A DNA stretch of 50,862 bases from an uncultured Mediterranea sp. (GTDB lineage: Bacteria > Bacteroidota > Bacteroidia > Bacteroidales > Bacteroidaceae), in contig CAMAMO010000001.1 in assembly GCA_945836915.1 (NCBI GenBank), positions 1 through 50,862 on the forward strand. The letters are read 5' to 3'. Below the pieces are notes generated by a model. The model worked only from the letters and a program-made list of their open reading frames with translations. It did no database searches and was not told the origin of the DNA. The translations under genes and the position numbers were made by a program. Below are positions 29,701-38,940 of the stretch, one piece after another. Position 1 is the stretch's first letter. Every line of letters begins with the position of its first letter.

Positions 29701-30123
29701 GGCGCTGAACCAGAAGGTGTCGCTGAAGGTATAGACCAAGGCACCCACTACGCCGCTGCCCATGATGGTAATGAGCTGTGCGGTGCTCATCTCACACTGG
29801 TCCCAGACCAAAAGCTTGCGCACTAGGTGGGTGATGCTCCAAAAGAGGAAGAGGATACAGGCTGCGCTCATCAGTGCACTCATGTAGTTCACCATCTTTG
29901 CCACAGTGGTAGCGTCAGAGGCGAACTGCGAAAATAGGTTCGCCACCAGCATAAAGAAGGGTGCGCCAGGGGGGTGACCTACCTCCAACTTATATCCCGT
30001 AGTGATAAACTCTGGGCAGTCCCAGAAACTAGCCGTAGGCTCTATGGTCATGCCATAGACCACCGCTGCAATCAGGAAAACCATCCAACCGGTCAGGTTG
30101 TTTACAGTGCTATACTTTTTCAT
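26752..30123 (-). CDS. DUF2723 / TMEM260-like GT-C membrane protein
   Basis: SFWDCPEF, VGHPPGAPFF, FWFSAVEGEVY, PRERDYAY, NGDNDTFPLWY; many TMs and a helical C-terminus. Start MKKYS at 30123, after a TATCTTTG element near 30165-30175. Confidence 0.88.
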   Translation of the reverse strand: MKKYSTVNNLTGWMVFLIAAVVYGMTIEPTASFWDCPEFITTGYKLEVGHPPGAPFFMLVANLFSQFASDATTVAKMVNYMSALMSAACILFLFWSITHLVRKLLVWDQCEMSTAQLITIMGSGVVGALVYTFSDTFWFSAVEGEVYAFSSLFTAVVFWLILKWEDVADEPHSDRWLVLIAYLTGLSIGVHLLNLLCLPAIVLVYYFKKVPQATAKGSLLALIGSGVLVAVVLYGIVPGIVKVGGWFELLFVNSWGMPFNTGVIVYILCLAAALIWGIYESYTERSAQRMALSFVLAIAMLGIPFYGHGATSVGIGIVVIAALALYLWPSVQQKLKASWRVTARTLNTALLCTLLIVVGYSSYALIVIRSTANTPMDQNSPEDIFTLGEYLGREQYGTRPLFYGPAFSSKVALDVKNGYCEPRIKYNGTKFIRKEKATPDEKDAYIEIPGRVEYEYAQNMLFPRMYSSLHTREYQAWQDIEGYEVPYDQCGNMIMVNMPTQWENIKFFFSYQLNWMYWRYFMWNFVGRQNDLQGSGEIEHGNWITGINAIDKLLVGDQSQLPSELRENKGRNVFYGLPLLLGIIGLLWQAYRVRQTTDERGNPVEHAVGVQQFWVVFFLFFMTGIAIVLYLNQTPSQPRERDYAYAGSFYAFAIWIGMGVAALIEATKSKSALQAALISLVCLLVPIQMASQTWDDHDRSDRYLCRDFGQNYLMSLQEHGNPIIYTNGDNDTFPLWYNQETESFRTDTRTCNLSYLQTDWYIDQMKRPAYDSPSLPITWERMEYVEGTNEYIPVKPEFKKSIDALYAQAEKESLEGNPEAMVNVKREFGENPYELKNILQHWIRNAKDEELKVIPTDSIVLKVDKEAVRRSGMYIPGDSIPDYMHISLKGKRALYKKDLMMLEMLANANWERPIYMAISVGSEEQLGMQNHFIQEGLAYRFTPFDTNKTGVKVDSEKMYDNLMHKFRFGGIDRPGIYIDENAMRMCYTHRRIFSQLIQQLMAEGKRKQAKEALTYAEQMIPAYNVPYDWQNGAAQMARAYYQLGMTTEAEAIMKALADKAVEYMTFYIGLDEGRFYISTHEFEYHWAVLDAEVKMLKENNSPMTEVYEKKLNEMYDLYLQRLK

Positions 30124-30317
30124 ATGATATGGTAATTCAAATAGATATCCATTACATTCAATCGGCAAAGATAGCACATTCTGAGATAACAACCCCTCTT
30201 TTCCCTTGAATATTTAGAAATCGTATCAACATTTGCATAAATTTCATCACTCCATATCTCTATAAACCGCTATCTTTGTCCCCAGAAAGAGAACTTGTCA
30301 ACTAATAATTAAAGAAT

Positions 30318-31766
30318 ATGAAAACTCGTCTCATCCTTCTCTTCATGCTCCTTGTGGGCGTGACGGCCTCTGCGCAGGCCCCCTTCAAACTCGCCTCGCT
30401 GGTTAGCGACGGCATGGTATTACAACAACAGACTCAGGTCCGCCTGTGGGGTACCGCCACCCCAGGCCAGCAGATCTCGGTTGTCGCTTCCTGGAACGGC
30501 AAGGGCAAAGTCACAGCTCAGGCCGATGCCGATGGTCGTTGGCTCCTCACTCTCACTACTCCCGAGGCCACCTTTACCCCTCAGAACCTCACCTTCAGCA
30601 TGGGTAAGAAAACCGTTGCCACGGTTCAGAACATCCTTATCGGCGAGGTGTGGCTGGCTGGCGGACAGAGCAACATGCAGATGCCCCTTAAGGGCTTTGG
30701 CGGCTGCTGCGTAGAGGGGGGACTTGATGAAGCCATAGCTGCCCATGCCATCGACGGTGTGCGGATGTTCAACGTCCCCATGCGACAAGCAATGGAGCCG
30801 CAAGAGGAGTGTGGTGGTCGCTGGATGACCACTGATCGTTTCACCGACGTGATGGAGTTCAGCGCTACCGCTTGGTACTTCGCCTCGCAACTGCGTCATG
30901 CCCTCCATGTGCCCGTTGGTATTGTCAATATAGCCTATGGCGGTACCCGTGTTGAGGGATGGCTGCCCCGAGACATCCTCACCCACTACCCTGATGTTAG
31001 CCTCGACCCCCAAGAAATGGCCAAACTCACCGACTACTACCGTCCCATGCTCACCTACAACGCCATGTTCCTCCCTGCCCGTCGTTACACTGTCAAGGGC
31101 ATCATCTGGTATCAAGGTTGCAGCAATGTGGGTGCCCATGCCCAATATGCCGAGCGCCTCACTACCATGGTCAGTCACTGGCGCAGTCAGCTTGCCTTGG
31201 GCGAGATTCCATTCTATATGGTCGAGATTGCTCCCTATCGCTATAACGACCAGGCTAACACTATCGATGGTGCCCTGCTTCGCGAGGCCCAGCATCGTGC
31301 CCTTGCCACCATCCCCAACAGTGGATTGGTCAGCACCAACGACCTTGTCGATGAGTATGAACAGTTCAATATCCATCCCCGTCGTAAGAGCGAGGTAGGC
31401 CATCGTCTCTGTTATATGGCCCTTAACAAGAGTTATGGTTACCGTGGGGTTTGCTGCGAAGGTCCCTGTTACACCAAGTGGGAGGCCAAGGGCAACGAGG
31501 CTTGGGTCAGTTTCGATCACCTCGATATGGGCATCTGTCGTAACTACGACATCCGTGGTTTCGAGGTAGCCGGTGAAGACAAGGTCTTCTACCCAGCCGA
31601 CAAGGTGTGGCTTCATTGGCAGACCAATGAGGTGGTTGTCTCCTCGTTGTTGGTCGATAAACCCGTAGCCGTACGCTATGGTTTCCGCGACTTCCAGCCA
31701 GGCACTCTGATAGGCGGCAACCAACTTCCCGCTTACCCCTTCCGAACAGACGATTGGAAGGAATGA
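30318..31766 (+). CDS. Sialate O-acetylesterase (SASA, SGNH family)
   Basis: Signal peptide, GEVWLAGGQSNM, GIIWYQG.SN, NIHP, PFRTD; TATCTTTG at 30271-30278. Confidence 0.9.
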   Translation: MKTRLILLFMLLVGVTASAQAPFKLASLVSDGMVLQQQTQVRLWGTATPGQQISVVASWNGKGKVTAQADADGRWLLTLTTPEATFTPQNLTFSMGKKTVATVQNILIGEVWLAGGQSNMQMPLKGFGGCCVEGGLDEAIAAHAIDGVRMFNVPMRQAMEPQEECGGRWMTTDRFTDVMEFSATAWYFASQLRHALHVPVGIVNIAYGGTRVEGWLPRDILTHYPDVSLDPQEMAKLTDYYRPMLTYNAMFLPARRYTVKGIIWYQGCSNVGAHAQYAERLTTMVSHWRSQLALGEIPFYMVEIAPYRYNDQANTIDGALLREAQHRALATIPNSGLVSTNDLVDEYEQFNIHPRRKSEVGHRLCYMALNKSYGYRGVCCEGPCYTKWEAKGNEAWVSFDHLDMGICRNYDIRGFEVAGEDKVFYPADKVWLHWQTNEVVVSSLLVDKPVAVRYGFRDFQPGTLIGGNQLPAYPFRTDDWKE

Positions 31767-31794
31767 CGGGTATTACGTCCACTATATCCTAATA

Positions 31795-31835
31795 ATCAAG
31801 GGGCGGCTATGAGGATTTCGTAGCCGCCCCTTGAT
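31795..31835. terminator. Hairpin between convergent genes, probable bidirectional terminator
   Basis: Perfect 15-bp stem ATCAAGGGGCGGCTA / TAGCCGCCCCTTGAT. Confidence 0.75.
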
Positions 31836-31847
31836 GGTTTTATGCGC

Positions 31848-34800
31848 TTAGAGGCCCAGATCTTTGAAAGTGCGCGGAGCGGGTACGCCGGGCATGGGCT
31901 GGCGATTCTTCAGCTGCTCCAGGGCTACCTCGATGGCCTTCTCTAACTGCTGGTCCTGACCAGCTGCCTCGCGGATGGGGTCGTTGTCTATCAGGATGTC
32001 GGGATCTACACCGTGGTTCTCTACAATCCACTGGCCGCTTTTGGCGTCGTAGTTGGTAAAGAAGGGCACACGGATGTCGGTACCATCCATATAGGGCAGC
32101 GAGCCGCTGATACCTACGATGCCGCCCCAGGTGCGCGTGCCGATGACGGTGCCCAGTTGGTTGGCCTTGAAGCTCCAGGGGAAGAGGTCACCGTCGCTGG
32201 CAGAGTATTTGTTGATGAGTAGCACCTTAGGACCCACATGGGTGGCATCGGGGATGGTGCCCACCATGGTGGAGGTGCGCGACATGGTCATACGGTAGGG
32301 CTTGCGCAGCAGGCGCTCGATAATCATAGGGGAGACGTTGCCACCGCCGTTGGCGCGGTCGTCGATGATGAGGGCCTCTTTATCGAGTTGCGGATAGAAG
32401 TAGCGCGCAAACTCGTTCAGTCCTTCAGGACCCATGTCGGGGATGTAGATGTAGCCTACACGCCCCTGGGTGGCTTTCTCTACTTTGGCTATGTTGTCGG
32501 TGACCCATTCGTAGTGTATCAAGGGGTGTTCGTTGTCTGTAGGTTTAATAACTACCTTGCGCCCTCCGGCTGCGGGCTGGCTGTTGATGGTGAGTTCGGT
32601 AGGTACATTGGCTGTGCCGATGAGTAGCTGATAGAGGTTATCCACACTGGTGGCGGAGATGCCGTTGACGGCGGTGATATAATGGCCTTCGGTTATCTGT
32701 AGTCCTGGCTCGGCCAGAGGAGAGCGGAGCGATTCGCTATAGGGGGCACCCTGGTAGATGTGGTCGATGCGGTAGTAGCCGCTCTTGTCACGGCTGAGCT
32801 TGGCGCCCAGCAATCCCATGGCGATACGGGGTGCCTTGGGGTAGCTGCCGGGGTTGACGTAGGCATGGCCACAGGCCAGTTCACTGATCATCTCGCCGAT
32901 GACGTAGTTCAAGTCGAGGCGGCTCTTGACGTAGGGCAGGAGCACGGCATACTTAGCCTTGATGGCTTTCCAATCCACGCCGTGCATGTTTTCCAGATAG
33001 AAGCCATCGCGGTAGGCGCGCCAAGCTTCGTCAAAAATCTGGGCCCACTCAGCGGGGTAATCTACGGTGGCAATGAGCTGATTGAGGCTGACCGCCTTGT
33101 CCAAGGCGAACTTGCCAGTGGGGATGTGGTCAGCAACATAGAGGCCTCCGCCACGGCGCTTGTAGAAGAGGGCGCGGTCGCCGCAGACACTCATCGTGGC
33201 GTCGCATACGGAGCTCTCCTCACGGCTCTCGAAGTCGAACACCTTGGTGCCTACGGCACTGGCATACCACACCTTCTGGCCGTCAGAATAGAAGTTGCCG
33301 TAATAGCCGGCTTCGAGCGGGAGCTTGACGAGGCGCATGCAGAGCCCTTCGGCATCGACCTTCACAGCAGTAGGAGCCTTCTTTTCTGTCTCCTCGCGTC
33401 CCTTACCTTTGCCCTTGCCTACCGGTGCGGGGGTAGCGGTGGGTTTGGAGGGCTTGACCTGCGAGTCGCGGGGCAGCAGCGGTGAGGGGGTACTCTGTTG
33501 CAACATGGCCAGATAGACTCCGCCCATGCGGCTGTAGGTATGGTTCCACTCCAGGCGACCGTAGGTGGGGTTGAAGTCGCGGTCGCTGGAGAAGATGAGG
33601 TACTTGCCATCGCGGCTAAAGGCGGGCGAGTCGGAGTTGTACCACCGCTCGGTGACGGGGATTTCGCGCTTGGCACTAAGGTCGTAGAGGTAGATAACGT
33701 CGAATTGGTTAGCGGCGGGGCGGGTGTAGGCCAGCCAGCGGCTGTCTGCCGAGATGGCTACGCCGCGGAACTCTTGTTCGGGACAGGTGGCTATCACCTC
33801 TTTCTCAGCCCGGGCTACATCGACACGTACCAGGCGGTTCTTGCGGTCGGTGTAGAGGATGGCGCTGCCGTCGGGCATCCACTGGATGGAGCGGATGTAG
33901 GTGTCGTTATCGTACGTCAGCTGGCGGGGTTCGCCACCTTCAACAGTCTGAATCCACACCTCGGTCTCACCGGTACGGTCGCTGATGTAGGCCACCTGCT
34001 TACCGTCGGGGCTGACGGAGGCATCGCGCTCATGGGCGCCGGGGGTGCGCGTGAGACAGCGGGTGATGCCCTCGTTCACGGGGAGGTCGAACACCTCGCC
34101 ACGGGCGGTGACGTAGAGGCGCTCGCCGTTGGGTGAGAGGTCGGCAGCGCTGATGCGGTCGGCTACTGATAGACGCTCGGTGCGGGCCTGAAGATTGTCA
34201 GCGTGCAACGTGATGTGGATTTGCTCACACTGGCGATTCTGGGGGTTGAACTGATAGAGATAACCGCCCTTTTCGAAGACGATGACCTTACCGTCGGTCG
34301 AGGGGAATTTGACGTCGTAGTCGGTAAAGTGAGTCACCTTCTCGGTCTGACGGGTACGGGTGTTGTAGCAGAAGAGGTTCATGGTGAGGTCGCGGTCGCT
34401 GGCGTAGAAAATCTCTTCGCCTATCCACATGGGGAAGATGTCCTGGGCCACGCTAGCACTGATGTTGGCTACGCTGCCAGCCTTGGCGTCGTAAATCCAG
34501 ATGTCGTCTGCCATGCCGCCGCGGTAATATTTCCAAGTGCGGAACTCGCGGAATACGCGGTTATAGGCCAGCTGCTTGCCATCGGGCGAGTAGCAGCAGA
34601 AGCCACCTTCGGGCAGAGGGAGCTGCTGAGGCATGCCGCCCTGAGGGGAGACACTCCAAAGTTGACCCACGAAGCCGTCGCCGGTGCGGTTACGGAAGAG
34701 GATTTGCTGGCCGTCGGGGCTCCAGGCCATGACCACGTTGTTGGGACCCATGCGGTCGCCCAGGTCGTCGCGGCTGTTGGTCGCGGTGTAGGTCAGGCGC

Positions 34801-35111
34801 ATCGGTTCGCCACCCTCGGCAGGCATGGTATAGACCTCGGTATTGCCGTCGTATTGGGCGCTGAAAGCCAGGGTTCGGCCGTCGGGCGAGAAGCGGGCAA
34901 AGATTTCATTGCCCACGTGGGCCGTCAGACGGCGCGCTTCGCCTCCGCTCAAGGGGGCGGTGTAGAGGTCACCAGCGAAGGAGAAGACCACCTCGTGACC
35001 GTTGGTGGCAGGGAATCGCAACAGTCGGGCCTCGTTGTTAGCGGGGCTAGTGGCCAGCGAGGCCACCGATGGAGCGGCGCCAATCAGCGCCATCAGGAGA
35101 TATCGTTTCAT
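31848..35111 (-). CDS. Tricorn-like S41 protease (beta-propellers, PDZ, S41 core)
   Basis: PD40/SPDG repeats, GHAY, IDDRANGGG, SASDGD catalytic Ser, GTRTWGG, ENHGVDPD. Confidence 0.93.
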   Translation of the reverse strand: MKRYLLMALIGAAPSVASLATSPANNEARLLRFPATNGHEVVFSFAGDLYTAPLSGGEARRLTAHVGNEIFARFSPDGRTLAFSAQYDGNTEVYTMPAEGGEPMRLTYTATNSRDDLGDRMGPNNVVMAWSPDGQQILFRNRTGDGFVGQLWSVSPQGGMPQQLPLPEGGFCCYSPDGKQLAYNRVFREFRTWKYYRGGMADDIWIYDAKAGSVANISASVAQDIFPMWIGEEIFYASDRDLTMNLFCYNTRTRQTEKVTHFTDYDVKFPSTDGKVIVFEKGGYLYQFNPQNRQCEQIHITLHADNLQARTERLSVADRISAADLSPNGERLYVTARGEVFDLPVNEGITRCLTRTPGAHERDASVSPDGKQVAYISDRTGETEVWIQTVEGGEPRQLTYDNDTYIRSIQWMPDGSAILYTDRKNRLVRVDVARAEKEVIATCPEQEFRGVAISADSRWLAYTRPAANQFDVIYLYDLSAKREIPVTERWYNSDSPAFSRDGKYLIFSSDRDFNPTYGRLEWNHTYSRMGGVYLAMLQQSTPSPLLPRDSQVKPSKPTATPAPVGKGKGKGREETEKKAPTAVKVDAEGLCMRLVKLPLEAGYYGNFYSDGQKVWYASAVGTKVFDFESREESSVCDATMSVCGDRALFYKRRGGGLYVADHIPTGKFALDKAVSLNQLIATVDYPAEWAQIFDEAWRAYRDGFYLENMHGVDWKAIKAKYAVLLPYVKSRLDLNYVIGEMISELACGHAYVNPGSYPKAPRIAMGLLGAKLSRDKSGYYRIDHIYQGAPYSESLRSPLAEPGLQITEGHYITAVNGISATSVDNLYQLLIGTANVPTELTINSQPAAGGRKVVIKPTDNEHPLIHYEWVTDNIAKVEKATQGRVGYIYIPDMGPEGLNEFARYFYPQLDKEALIIDDRANGGGNVSPMIIERLLRKPYRMTMSRTSTMVGTIPDATHVGPKVLLINKYSASDGDLFPWSFKANQLGTVIGTRTWGGIVGISGSLPYMDGTDIRVPFFTNYDAKSGQWIVENHGVDPDILIDNDPIREAAGQDQQLEKAIEVALEQLKNRQPMPGVPAPRTFKDLGL

Positions 35112-35130
35112 AGGCTTCTAATATTTATTG

Positions 35131-35610
35131 TTACTTCAATTCGCTGGGGCGGAGGCCGAAGGAGCGGCAACTGAGGCTCTCTACACGCACGGCCCAGATG
35201 CGTACATTGCGTATGGCGGGGGGAGCCATGCGGCAGTCGTTGCTGGTGTAGCGGCGCATCAGCAAGGTAAGTATGCGCTCTTTCTCATCGTATTCATCGA
35301 TGAATTCCACTTTACCGCGGCACACTACACTGCGGCTCTTCATGCTGTAGCTACAGGCGATTTGCTGGTGCATATAGACCAGCTCTTCCCCCTCGCAGAA
35401 GGTGATGCAGACCTGCGGATGGGCCGTTGCCATGGTCTCTTTCGATCCGCCTGCTCCAGAGTGAAGGTAAATCATATCGCCCTCGCGCACGAAGTTCATC
35501 GGGATGACGTAGGGGCAACCTTCGTTATCTACCAGTCCCACCATACAGTAGGGACACTTGTTGATAATGGCGGTAATCTCCGCCGGGTCGGTGATTTGTA
35601 TCGTTTTCAT
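35131..35610 (-). CDS. Pyridoxamine 5'-phosphate oxidase-like flavin-binding protein
   Basis: PYVIPMNF, IYLHS, SVVCRGKV. Confidence 0.82.
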   Translation of the reverse strand: MKTIQITDPAEITAIINKCPYCMVGLVDNEGCPYVIPMNFVREGDMIYLHSGAGGSKETMATAHPQVCITFCEGEELVYMHQQIACSYSMKSRSVVCRGKVEFIDEYDEKERILTLLMRRYTSNDCRMAPPAIRNVRIWAVRVESLSCRSFGLRPSELK

Positions 35611-35656
35611 CGAGTTTTTTTGCTTTTAAATGGATGATTTGATATGGACAAATGGG

Positions 35657-37828
35657 CTACTTGGCTTCGGGTAGATCTGTTTCGTCGGCGAGGGCAAAGT
35701 CGAGCTGCTTGCGCTCTAGATTGGCTTTGGCTACCTTGATGGTCAGTTCATCGCCTAAGCTGTAGGTGCGACGGGTACGCCGACCGCGCAGACAGTAGTT
35801 CTTCTCGTCGAACTCGTAGTAGTCGTCGTCTAAGTCGCGCATCGGTATCATGCCTTCGCACTTGTTCTCGTTCAGTTCTACGTAGAGACCCCACTCTGTG
35901 ACGCCTGAGATGACCCCCTTATAGACCTGACCTAAGTGTTCGGTCATAAACTCGACCTGTTTGTATTTCACACTGGAGCGCTCAGCGCTGGCGGCCAGTT
36001 GCTCCATCATGCTGCTGTGTTCGCACAGGGCCTCGTACTTCTTCTCTGTGACGGTATGGCCACCCTCGTCGAGGTACTTGGTGAGCAGGCGGTGCACCAT
36101 CATGTCGGGGTAGCGGCGGATGGGCGAGGTGAAGTGGGTGTAGTAGTCGAAAGCCAGGCCGTAGTGGCCGATGTTATGAACGGAGTAGCGAGCCTTCTGC
36201 ATGGCGCGGATGGAGACGGTTTCAATGAGGTTCTCCTCCTTGCGACCCTGAATCTCGTCGAGCAGGTTATTGATGCTTTTTGATACCTCCTCCTTCTTAC
36301 CGCTTGTGCGTAGCTTGTAGCCAAAACGGGCGATGAACTGGGCCAGGTTGTCCAGTTTCTCCGGGTCGGGCAGGTCGTGGATGCGGTAGGGGAATACCTT
36401 TGCCTTTTTACCCTTGGGGACTCGACCTATCTTCTCGGCCACGGTGCGGTTGGCTAGCAGCATAAACTCCTCCACCAGCTTGTTGGCATCCTTTGAGACC
36501 TTGAAATAGACGCTGAGGGGTTTGCCCTTTTCGTCAATCTCAAACTTCACTTCGTAGCGGTCAAAGTTGATGGCACCAGCCTTGAAGCGCTGATCGCGTA
36601 GCTGCTTGGCCAGTTTGTCCAGTTGTTGAAGCTCCTCTACATAGTCACCCTGACCGCTTTCCAACCGCTCCTGGGCCTCTTCGTAGGTGAATCGGCGGTC
36701 GCTCCTGATAACGGTGTGTACCACGCGGCTCTTCTTCACCTCGGCCTTGTCGTTCATCTCGAAGATGACGCTGTAGGCCAGTTTCTCCTCATCGGGGCGC
36801 AGGGAACAGAGGAAGTTACAGAGGCGCTCGGGTAGCATGGGGATGGTGCGGTCCACTAAATAGACTGAGGTGGCGCGCTTTTCAGCCTCGCGGTCGATAA
36901 GCGACCCTTCGCGGACGTAGTAGGTGACGTCGGCGATGTGAACACCTACCTCCCAAAGGCCGCTGTCGAGGCGACGGATGGAGAGGGCGTCGTCAAAGTC
37001 CTTGGCGTCGCGCGGGTCGATGGTGAAGGTGGTGATGCCTCGGAAATCTTCGCGTCGGGCTATCTCCTCCTGAGGTATCTCTGTCGGAATGCGGTCGGCC
37101 GCTTGCTCTACCTGCTTGGGATAGATGTAGGGCAAGCCATACTCCGCCAGGATGGCGTGCATCTCGGTGGTATTCTCGCCTGCCTTGCCCAGGATGTCTA
37201 TGACGATGCCTTTGGGGTTCTTTGCCTTGTCAGGCCACTCCACAATCTTGACTACCGCCTTATCACCGTTCTTGCCCCCCTTCAGGTTCTCTTTGGGGAT
37301 GAAGATGTCGTTGGCCAAGGTGCGGTTTTCGGTTACCAGGAAGGCGTATGAGCGTGCCACCTCCAGGGTACCCACGAAGGTGTCGTTAGCCCGCTCCAGT
37401 ATCTCAATCACCTCACCCTCTGCCATGCGGCCGTGGCGTTTGGCGTAGAAGGCGATGCGTACGCGGTCGCCCGCCATGGCGTGGGCCGAGTTGCGCTCGG
37501 CAATGAAGATGGGTTCGCCGCCGCCGTCGGGGATGAAGGAGTTCTTCCCGTTGCTCTTCCGCTGGAAGGTGCCGGTCATCTCTATGCCGCGGTTGTTGAG
37601 TTTATAGCGATGCTTTTCCACCTCGCAGAGGTAGCCATCGTCGAGCAGTTCGTCGAGGATATCCATGGCCAGCATCTTGAGGGGATGGGTGTTCAGCCTC
37701 AGTTGTTCAAAGAGCTGCTTGAGCGACAGCTCAGCGCCCTGCTTCAGATGAAACAGGTCGAGTATGGCCTTGACAAGCTCCTTCTTGTTCATCCGCTTGC
37801 CAGCCTTCTTTTCTTTCTTCTTGCTCAT
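35657..37828 (-). CDS. rnr: Ribonuclease R
   Basis: TIDPRDAKDFDDALS, VHIADV, YTHFTSPIRRYPD, C-terminal S1 domain. Confidence 0.97.
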   Translation of the reverse strand: MSKKKEKKAGKRMNKKELVKAILDLFHLKQGAELSLKQLFEQLRLNTHPLKMLAMDILDELLDDGYLCEVEKHRYKLNNRGIEMTGTFQRKSNGKNSFIPDGGGEPIFIAERNSAHAMAGDRVRIAFYAKRHGRMAEGEVIEILERANDTFVGTLEVARSYAFLVTENRTLANDIFIPKENLKGGKNGDKAVVKIVEWPDKAKNPKGIVIDILGKAGENTTEMHAILAEYGLPYIYPKQVEQAADRIPTEIPQEEIARREDFRGITTFTIDPRDAKDFDDALSIRRLDSGLWEVGVHIADVTYYVREGSLIDREAEKRATSVYLVDRTIPMLPERLCNFLCSLRPDEEKLAYSVIFEMNDKAEVKKSRVVHTVIRSDRRFTYEEAQERLESGQGDYVEELQQLDKLAKQLRDQRFKAGAINFDRYEVKFEIDEKGKPLSVYFKVSKDANKLVEEFMLLANRTVAEKIGRVPKGKKAKVFPYRIHDLPDPEKLDNLAQFIARFGYKLRTSGKKEEVSKSINNLLDEIQGRKEENLIETVSIRAMQKARYSVHNIGHYGLAFDYYTHFTSPIRRYPDMMVHRLLTKYLDEGGHTVTEKKYEALCEHSSMMEQLAASAERSSVKYKQVEFMTEHLGQVYKGVISGVTEWGLYVELNENKCEGMIPMRDLDDDYYEFDEKNYCLRGRRTRRTYSLGDELTIKVAKANLERKQLDFALADETDLPEAK

Positions 37829-37930
37829 ACTAATACGGAATTAGTTGGTTTTATGATACAAAGAAAACAAAAAAATATGAGATATAGTTCTTTTTTTATG
37901 CTTTTATACTTTTTTTCCATTGGGTTACAC

Positions 37931-37938
37931 TATCTTTG
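37931..37938 (+). promoter_or_regulatory. TAnnTTTG promoter for the CDF-to-luxS operon
   Basis: TATCTTTG shortly upstream of the CDF start. Confidence 0.6.
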
Positions 37939-37965
37939 TCCCCTCAATAGATGACATTTTTAGCG

Positions 37966-38901
37966 ATGGATGATATCAAAGAGAGAGAAAAGGCGGTTTA
38001 CCGTGTCACGCTGATGGGTAGTGCGGTCAATTTTGTTCTGCTGCTGTTTAAGTTTGCGGCGGGCGTATTGGGCCATAGTGCTGCCATGATAGCCGATGCC
38101 GTACACTCGCTGAGCGATTTTGCCACCGACCTGATTGTAATGGCTTTTGTGCGCATCTCTTCGAAACCGGAGGATGAGGGTCACGCCTATGGTCACGGCA
38201 AGTATGAAACGCTGGCTACGGCTATCATCGGGCTGTTGCTCTTCGGGGTAGCGGTGGGCATCTTCTGGAATGGCTTGACGTCCATCTTCCACTTTCTCTG
38301 CGATGAGGGGCTGGAGCAACCCAGCTGGCTGGCCTTAGTGGCTGCGGTGGTATCAGTGGTGTCGAAGGAGTGGATTTTCCGCTACACACTGACGGTAGGT
38401 CAGCGGGTGCGGTCGCAGGCCGTAGTGGCCAATGCTTGGCATCACCGCAGTGATGCGCTCTCATCCATCGGTACCACGGTAGGTGTGGGTGGAGCGGTGC
38501 TGTTGGGCCCGGCCTGGGCGGTGCTCGACCCCATAGCGGCGGTGGTGGTGAGCTGCTTTATCGCTAAGGTCTCCATCAAGCTGTTGGTGCCCTGTGTGGA
38601 TGAGCTGCTGGAGAAGTCGCTCTCACGTGAGAATGAGGAGATCATCCGCCAGATTATTCTTGATGAGCCGGGGGTGAGTGCGCCGCATCATCTGCGTACG
38701 CGCCGTATTGGCAACGCCGTAGCCATTGAGTGTCACATCCGCATGGACGGGGCACTTTCGTTGGCTCAGGCTCATACCGCCGCCTCAAGCATCGAGCGGC
38801 AACTGAAGCGCTACTTTGGCAGCAACGCCTTTATCAGCATCCACGTAGAGCCGCTGAAACCTACAGACGAGGCGCCTCGACGCCCGCTGACGGTAAACTG
38901 A
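37966..38901 (+). CDS. Cation diffusion facilitator transporter (FieF-like)
   Basis: SAAMIADAVHSLSD, YGHGKYE, HHRSD, HLRTR, IHVEP. Confidence 0.92.
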   Translation: MDDIKEREKAVYRVTLMGSAVNFVLLLFKFAAGVLGHSAAMIADAVHSLSDFATDLIVMAFVRISSKPEDEGHAYGHGKYETLATAIIGLLLFGVAVGIFWNGLTSIFHFLCDEGLEQPSWLALVAAVVSVVSKEWIFRYTLTVGQRVRSQAVVANAWHHRSDALSSIGTTVGVGGAVLLGPAWAVLDPIAAVVVSCFIAKVSIKLLVPCVDELLEKSLSRENEEIIRQIILDEPGVSAPHHLRTRRIGNAVAIECHIRMDGALSLAQAHTAASSIERQLKRYFGSNAFISIHVEPLKPTDEAPRRPLTVN

Positions 38902-38940
38902 CCTAATTAACCACTTAACGCCCCAAACGGAGTAGAACGT

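Noticed and set aside
30420-31724. 434-aa antisense ORF over the sialate O-acetylesterase, and similar ones such as 21801-22664, 34203-35174 and 41797-42600
   Set aside because: They mirror well-supported genes on the opposite strand, have no motifs, and are explained by codon bias suppressing antisense stops
35131-35610. nim nitroimidazole-resistance gene
   Set aside because: Same fold family, but it sits beside rnr as a housekeeping-type gene with no IS element or Nim-specific signature that I can recognise
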